A DNA stretch of 64,000 bases from NCBI GenBank assembly GCA_964187785.1, contig OZ076413.1:49850001-49914000 (forward strand), given 5' to 3'. The position numbers and the translations under genes were made by a program. The stretch's first letter is position 1. Each line of letters starts with the position of its first letter. Shown here piece after piece: positions 57,298-64,000 of this stretch. Under the pieces are notes generated by a model. It saw only the letters and a program-made list of their open reading frames with translations, made no database searches and was not told where the DNA came from. The stretch comes from Amphiscolops sp. MND2022 (Eukaryota).

Positions 57298-57867
57298 CAG
57301 AGTTGCCAATGAATTGGGTTTTAAAATAAGTGGGGTTGGGGTCTCTCAATAAAATTGGGTTGTATTGGGTTGGGGTATAGGCCTATAGTTGGGTTGGGTT
57401 ATTGGGTTGGGGTCCTATTCCAATAATTGGGGTGTAAAATTGTGTTTCCGTGGGGATCCGATGTTTAACTAAAATCATGTAAAAAACAGAAAAATCAGTT
57501 TCTCGAAATTAATGTGAAACATAAAATCACTTTTCGATGTCAAACAGATTATAAAATAAAACTAAAACGTCTAAAGATACTTCCATTACAATATTTTCAA
57601 GAGCTTAAAGAGTTACTATTTCTCTCCAGTATAATAAGTGTTAAATGAAGTATATTTAACACTTTTAATTGAATTAACAAAAAGTGGAGCTTACCATATT
57701 CAAATTATTAACGGTTACAACTTAAATAATTGGGACTAGCCAAATAATTGGGTTGAGTTATTGGGTTCGAAGGAGGAATTGGGTTGGGGTAATTGGGTTG
57801 GGTACCTAAAAATGGACAATTCGTTAGGGTATACCCAATTAACTGGGTTTTAAAATTGGCAACCCTG
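57298..57867. mobile_element. hAT-like MITE rich in GGGTT motifs
   Basis: CAGAGTTGCCAAT ... ATTGGCAACCCTG ends; flanks CTTCCAAC / CTTCGAAG (6/8 match). Confidence 0.55.
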
Positions 57868-57869
57868 CT

Positions 57870-58350
57870 TCGAAGGCATCTCTGTCGCTCACAGTTCCTA
57901 GAACACAGGCCACATTGCCAATCTGAAGAGCCATTGAAATCCGTTGCTCCAAAAAGCTGCCAGGTCGTTATTGTCGTGAGAACGACAGAGTATTTTACAC
58001 AGACGCGTGATGAAAATTTCACTGCTCTCGCCTAAAGAACCCTGAACTTTCAAGGCCACCGGTTGAAAAATTTATCCATTGCCTAATGATTCGCGCTAAT
58101 ACTCAATTTTACGCGCTTTAGTCTCGGTGGCGGTGGTTCCCGGGTTGAATAAAGAGCCTTGATTCAGACCCCAGGGTGCAAGAGCATCCAACCGTGACAT
58201 CCCACACCAGCTGTTTACCAATTTCCTCAAGAATCTTGGTAACACCGTCTGGGCGTTTGCCATCAGTTCGGCACAGTCCACGCCGTTCGAGCACTGAAGG
58301 CAAGTCGAGAGATCCCAACGTCTGCATTATGAGAGAATTGAGAGTAGCAT
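57870..58350 (-). pseudogene. 3' fragment of a non-LTR retrotransposon with restriction-like endonuclease (CRE-like)
   Basis: GLCRTDGKRPDGVT..LVWDVTV..DALAP..KARKIEY, frameshifted. Confidence 0.65.
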
Positions 58351-59049
58351 GAAGTGAACAGGGATTCCAAGTACTTGGGTTTTTAGAAAATACGGTTCGG
58401 TTTGGGTGGATTTTTCTGATTTGGGTATTTGGTTTGGGTCATGTCAGGCGTGTCTGGTTTGGGTTTTTGACTTGGGTAATAGGAATTTTTGAAAACATGC
58501 ATATATCAATTTTTCCAGCAAATTTTGATAAAAACAGTAGTTGCATAATTTTTACAGCAGAATCACGTGAAAACGTAATTTTTGACATAAATTAATGATA
58601 TCGTATGTAGATGCCGAACTTTTCACCGAGATTATAGTGGTATACGCAACCTTTTACGGAGATCTCACCAGTAAAACTACAAATAACGTAAAACCTAATT
58701 TACTAGAGGCAGAATAACGAAACCAAATATAGCAAAGCAATTACCGCTTATTAAATTATGAACCAATTAAATTTTGAACCAAATACACACAGACTTTTGT
58801 TCAAGAAAGTTGTCCTGTGGTAATTTTCTAGCAACAGACGACCTTGTAAATGATTTTTGGCAAGACGACCGTATGAAAAAAACCGCTTCGGGTCAACACT
58901 GCCAAGTTGAAAAGAATTCCGGACGTTTCGGCAAAAGACGTTTCGCCAAAAACATGGCGGCGGACGTTTCGGCAAAAAAATATGCCGAAACGTCTCAGGC
59001 TAAAAAAAATTTGCCGAAACATCTCGCACGATATAGGAAAAACAAATTG

Positions 59050-61440
59050 TAGGAAGAACTTGTATTAAAGACAACCAATTAACATTGTCAAACACTGCAG
59101 AAATACCTCTTCTGTGAACTCGCGTCAGACAATGAAGCGACGTCCATCCACCCGATTGTCACTCAGCACACGATGAAGAGTTGGACTTCCACCTTGTATA
59201 GCTAACAGCCACTGACATACATGAAGAGAGACTGTCAACAGCACGTGACATGCACGACAACTCGGCATTCGGAACTTGTTGCCCCAGAGACTCAACACGG
59301 ACACAGACATCTTGCAGATTAGCGTCGTCCCACGTACGCACTAAGCAGTATAAGCCGTCGCTCCGTTCCTCATACTCAAGGCTGTAATCTTTGAAAGCAG
59401 CAACCCGGGCAAACAAAGATCGTAACAGACGAGGGAATATAGCACGACAAAGTAGTGACTGAAACAAAACAGGAACTTGACAAGAATATGGCGTCAACGA
59501 AACGCACCAAATCATGACAACAATAATAAGGCTCAATGAATACCACAAATATATAGACACAGAAGAAAGAAAACTAACCAACGATTCATCTCGATCCCAA
59601 TTCAGTTTGTACAGCGGGTTCTCCTTGCCCAGAGTTGCGCGGAAGTATCCCCACAACCGCCGCAACAAAGTATAACTCCCGCCACAACGACACAGTTCGA
59701 GCAGACAGTTGACCATCGTCAATAAAGGTACAGATGAATCAACTTGGGTGCATGCGGGCAAGAGATCCTCAGGAAAGCTGAAACCTTCAGATTTCCCTTT
59801 AGAAGGACGATTCGCATACACTTCCAACTGTGACTCGGACAACTCCATTGGATCCATGAGACGGTTAAAAACAGGCATATTATTCTGCACCCTGTACGTC
59901 ACGTCTAGCTCCCAATGGTGCTTCCCAAAGAAGTGACGAGCAAACTCGGCAGCACCTCGTGATTCCATCGAGACGTCGCGGTGACAGATCATGCAATGGA
60001 ACAACTTGTTTGAACCAGTGCTAGGTAGATTCCGCGGGCTGTACACTCGTTTCCGGTTAGGGGAAGTGCTCGCAAGAGTAGTCTCGACTCGATTCACCAC
60101 TTCTTCAAACTCTACAACAACAAAACACTACTAACTTGACACGAAGACGCCGACAACAAGACAACTATGACTCCTTATACAACTAGCTACCAAGTCAGAC
60201 AAGATACTGACGTCACATCCCTAGAATAAAAACCCAGTCCACAGACATAGCTACAACGCAGGCATTACACAAACCTAACAGCATCAGGTTAATTCCAACT
60301 CTACACGGACCCAGAGCGCGATAAACACAATCACAAGCGACACTAGCAAACAAAAGTTACGTACTTGCCATGAAAGGTTCCAAAGACCAGCCCTCCAAAT
60401 CCGAACCAAGCATGTCTCTCAATCTGGCGGCCTGCGATGCACTTCGAGGAGTAGGTGGTAGCGCAACAGTTTCCTCATCCGTACTAAGGAGCTCAAACCC
60501 CTTAGGCCTCATCGGACTCTTAGGCGTCAAGGGATAAGGCTGACCCGGAGTTGATGGCACCCAAGCATCTTGCTCCTTGGGAGACGCCATACCAACTGTC
60601 AACATAAGATCAAACAAATAATAACGAACACCACGATTCATCAAACAAAATCAAAACAACCAGGCAAGATGAAAACAATAGCAACTACTTCCTCCTTACT
60701 CACCTTGTTTAACTGTTGGAGATGAAGTCCTGCTACCAAAAGTCTGAGCGCCACCAGACAAGTATGAGCTGAACCGTGGAGAGGTCACAACCTGACTACT
60801 GATCAACTTTTGGGGCTGCCGTGTTTCTTCTTCCTCTTTTTCCTCAGATGGGGGGGAGAGTCCTCACCTCCATGAGCCTCAACCATAGCCCCGGAAGATG
60901 ATACTGCAGGACCTTTGTCTAAAGGGATTCCAGATTCCCCTTCGGCACAAACAGGAAGACGATTCGCGCCAGAGTCCACAGGAGAAACTATGGTAACTGT
61001 CGCAGAAGAGTCGATTAGCTCAGCTTTCGCATTCACAGAAGGCCCCTCGAGAGGCTCGACAGCAATAGCAGAAGGATCGGCAGGGAGATAAGAAGTACCA
61101 ATGTCATTTGAAATGACAACAGAAGAGACAGCTGGACCAGCCACTAAAAACAACACCCCCCATTTCGACGCGTCAAGAAAATCTAAGCCTTGGAAATACT
61201 AGTGCAGGAAAGGCCTAACTGCTAAAAGTATATTTCACAAAGGCTTAATGGAGAGTGGGGATAAAAAGGAAATACTTACCAAGAGCACGCTGGCTGGCGT
61301 AGTCGGTCTCACTATCTCGCACATCTGCCTCCGAAAAGAGAAACTGCGTCTCCTGACCACTTTGGACACCAGGGTCTTTGGCAGAAAGTTTTTTGGACGT
61401 GAGCCCATCAGAAACAGCAAAGAATCTGGAAAACAAAACC
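59050..61440 (-). pseudogene. Diverged, truncated paralogue of the spliced zinc-finger gene at 124-4130
   Basis: Exon 60111-59579 (FEEVVNRV..FHCMICHRDVSM..DVTYRV..FPEDL..RRLWGYFRATLG) and an exon from 59458 (SLLCRAIFPR..PNAEL). Frameshift near 59210, stop at 59125, then FTEEVFLQC before homology ends. Upstream exon limits approximate. Confidence 0.8.
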
Positions 61441-61460
61441 ACAGATGAGAATACTCGAAA

Positions 61461-61655
61461 GTGACGTCATCATAACGGTGACAAAAATAAAAGCTGGCTA
61501 ACTGCCAACGAAATTGACGTCGGCATAACGCCGACAAAAAAGGTTAATAGGGTTAAGAAACTAACCCTATAATCCAAAATGACGACATCATAACGGTGAC
61601 AAATCCTAAAAGTTAGCTAAGCTAACAAAAATGACGTCAGCATAACGTTGACAAG
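61461..61655. repeat. Two ~120-bp-spaced direct repeats with TGACGTCA-like cores
   Basis: TGACG(T/A)CATCATAACGGTGACAAA..AGCTAA..TGACGTC(G/A)GCATAACG..GACAA at ~61462 and ~61580; related CGTCAACATGAC..GACAAG pair at 63271-63345. Confidence 0.75.
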
Positions 61656-61863
61656 TTTGGCTAAGTAAATTATTTCAATTTACAGCCAAAAAAAACGCAA
61701 GGTCGACATAACCTCAACACCTGAGGATTAAAAGGATTAAAATGATTGAACAGCCAATCAGAATGGAGGGATTTATCCCAATATTCTCCTTAATCCTAAT
61801 TAAGCTGGAATCCATTGTGGAACAATTAAAGTACGATCAACAGTAGCAGAAGAGAGAAGTCAA

Positions 61864-62622
61864 ATGAGGAAGATGAACAATTTACTGGACATATACGAAT
61901 TATTCGACATTTCATCGTCAAGCGAGGAGGAAGGCGAAATTACAAGATCGTCTACACCACTGCCTAGAGACAGCGAAAATTACCCTAGAACAGTGGTGGA
62001 GATATTAAATTCGTCAGCAGAAGCCGAGGCAGATGAGGAAGAATTTCTCGATCTTTCCTTAAACTCCCTGGAAACCGAATGTAAAAGGATGAAACTCAGT
62101 GAATCGTACACAAGTTTTGAAACAGTAGAGTCGGGCCAATACCCTCAATCAGAAAGCGAGGTGGAAACAATAACGGACTCGCCAGAAAGTCCTGACCCCT
62201 CTCTGAATTCAGATGTGTTTGTCGTAGAGAAACCTCACGAAGAAGAAACGTCCTCCATGACTAGCAGTAAAATTGCTGAATTCATAAGACAAGCAGCAGA
62301 GGACGATGCCAGCTCTGACTTTGAATCCCCCCGCGGCCCTCTGAGAGTTTGGGGAGAGCAGAAGAAGGAATCTCTAAACGATCTAGATGAAAAAAGGGGC
62401 CCGGCAGTAATGCCTTCATCCAGGGACCAAGCAGTTGACCCAAATGTCTACGAGCTACAATACCCTCTCTACCAACCGAGGTTCCAAGGGAGGACGATAA
62501 GATCTATGACAGTGGCCCTGTCACAGTCCGCTCCCAGACTGGGTTGTGGGTGTTTAAGAGTTGGCTTCGGGAGAGGCCACGGCTGCACCGCGAGGTTCGA
62601 AAAAACTTACTTTAACTATTAA
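61864..62622 (+). CDS. Hypothetical acidic Ser/Glu-rich protein, 252 aa
   Basis: Uninterrupted ATG-initiated ORF, divergent from the paralogous spliced gene, followed by AATAAA (~62628); no domain recognised. Confidence 0.5.
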   Translation: MRKMNNLLDIYELFDISSSSEEEGEITRSSTPLPRDSENYPRTVVEILNSSAEAEADEEEFLDLSLNSLETECKRMKLSESYTSFETVESGQYPQSESEVETITDSPESPDPSLNSDVFVVEKPHEEETSSMTSSKIAEFIRQAAEDDASSDFESPRGPLRVWGEQKKESLNDLDEKRGPAVMPSSRDQAVDPNVYELQYPLYQPRFQGRTIRSMTVALSQSAPRLGCGCLRVGFGRGHGCTARFEKTYFNY

Positions 62623-64000
62623 AACTAATAAATAAACTGTGACTAAGAAAACAAAAATACGTCTGATCAACGGAAATTTCAAATGAAACTAGTTACAAAG
62701 AATGAATGTGCTAAAATGAATCTTACATTTCCGGTTGAGACGCTTTTGCCACGTCAAATCAATAACATCCGCCACCTGAAAACTAATTTAAAACACGCTT
62801 AGAAATAAGAAAACCATAGCCCAATCTAAATGAAAGCATAGTCAAAGTCATCTCCCAAAAGAACATCAATCAGATCCAAAATGGAAAACACTCTGAGATG
62901 GCACACCGAAAGGATTATGCCTTTTCTTAGAAAGGCAGCTTAATTACTCTTTGAATAGCAATTAGTGTGATTTAGGACGTCAATATTGCGCTGAGTAAAC
63001 AAGGCAGCGGAGAAAATAAGAATACATGTATATTTGTCGTCAGTAAGACGCAGACAAGTTTGAAGGTATACCAATTGACGTCACTGCCTCGCATACGCGT
63101 ACCAGGAAATCATTCCAATTATCCGCCTACACTAATAGCATTGCTAGAAATCATTCCAATTCACCGCCACTGTGACGTCACTGCTCCGGCAGCTAACGAA
63201 AGACTCATTTCTAAAATACTCGTCAGCATTGCGTCAAACTAGTCAAAATCTCTATTCCGCTAAGAAAACTCGTCAACATGACATCGACAAGTTTATGAAG
63301 CCTAAATTCTGCCAAGAAAACGCGTCAACATGACGTTGACAAGTTTACGAAATTGAATAAAATGAATGAATTCGCCAAATTCAGTCAAGTTTTCATCGCA
63401 CTAATGCCGTTATTTCCTAGGGAAAGATAATTGCAGGCTATTTCAGATTGTAAGACAAGTGTATTGCAAACATTCCGCGATTTAAAGTTCTGACTTAAGG
63501 TATATTTTTGGCACGCATAGGATAATTCAAGTCCACGTCAATTAATCGTCATGTATTTTCAAAAATAAGGGAATTTCCTCGCATAAGCTATTTCTATTAC
63601 GAGATTTCATAGCAGAACAAACAGGAAGTCACAGTTTACGTCTTCAACAAAAATGTATTTTGTACAGAAGATGTATTTTCATATATTTTGCATTTTTGTA
63701 CCCGACGATTTTCAGATGCTATTCTATAATTATGATTGTGATCATTTTTAAATACCAGTTCACTGTTGCTATTCGTTAAATTCATTATGTTGCCGTTGCT
63801 ATCAAACAAATGTTGCTGTTACTCTTGTGAAATTTGTCGCACTTGTCACGACATGACAAATTTGTTAATGGTGTATTATTTTAATACCATGATTTTTAAT
63901 TCTATTCCCGACGAAAGAATGAGTCCAAATTCATAAAATATCGTCTTAGCATCATTCAAATAATCCTGCTTTGGGATTAGTCATAGCATTTTGATCAAAC

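Noticed and set aside
63844..63858. TGTCACGAC as the start of a 3' LTR for the second element
   Set aside because: Only 9 bp match the 12663 end, no polypurine tract precedes it, and no further similarity follows.

Overview
Repeat-rich animal (invertebrate-like, spliceosomal introns) genomic DNA. The host content is two minus-strand genes, WDTC1 (3 coding exons) and SAP30BP (6 coding exons). A complete 16.1-kb Polinton/Maverick (adintovirus-like) provirus sits in the 25-kb first coding intron of SAP30BP at 35434-51552, with AGTAGT..ACTACT ends, a CAGGTA target-site duplication (TSD) and ~700-bp terminal inverted repeats (TIRs). It encodes pPolB, integrase, major and minor capsid, protease, core proteins and two A32/FtsK-type ATPases. 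All 12 of its ORFs start in an ATAAATG context, each TIR holds a Pol III-like structured RNA candidate, and a CGCG/AGCT 12-nt motif is sprinkled in-frame through its genes. The left 12.7 kb is a Ty3/gypsy element (gag, -1 frameshift, pol). Instead of a 3' LTR, pol runs directly into an intact, convergent, multi-intron ~1000-aa gene with a BED-like finger. A diverged, decayed paralogue of that gene with the same intron positions lies at 59-61.4 kb. The rest is Helentron/DINE-like elements, MITEs, LINE fragments and a four-level nested insertion. All calls were made by eye from motifs; no database search was run.
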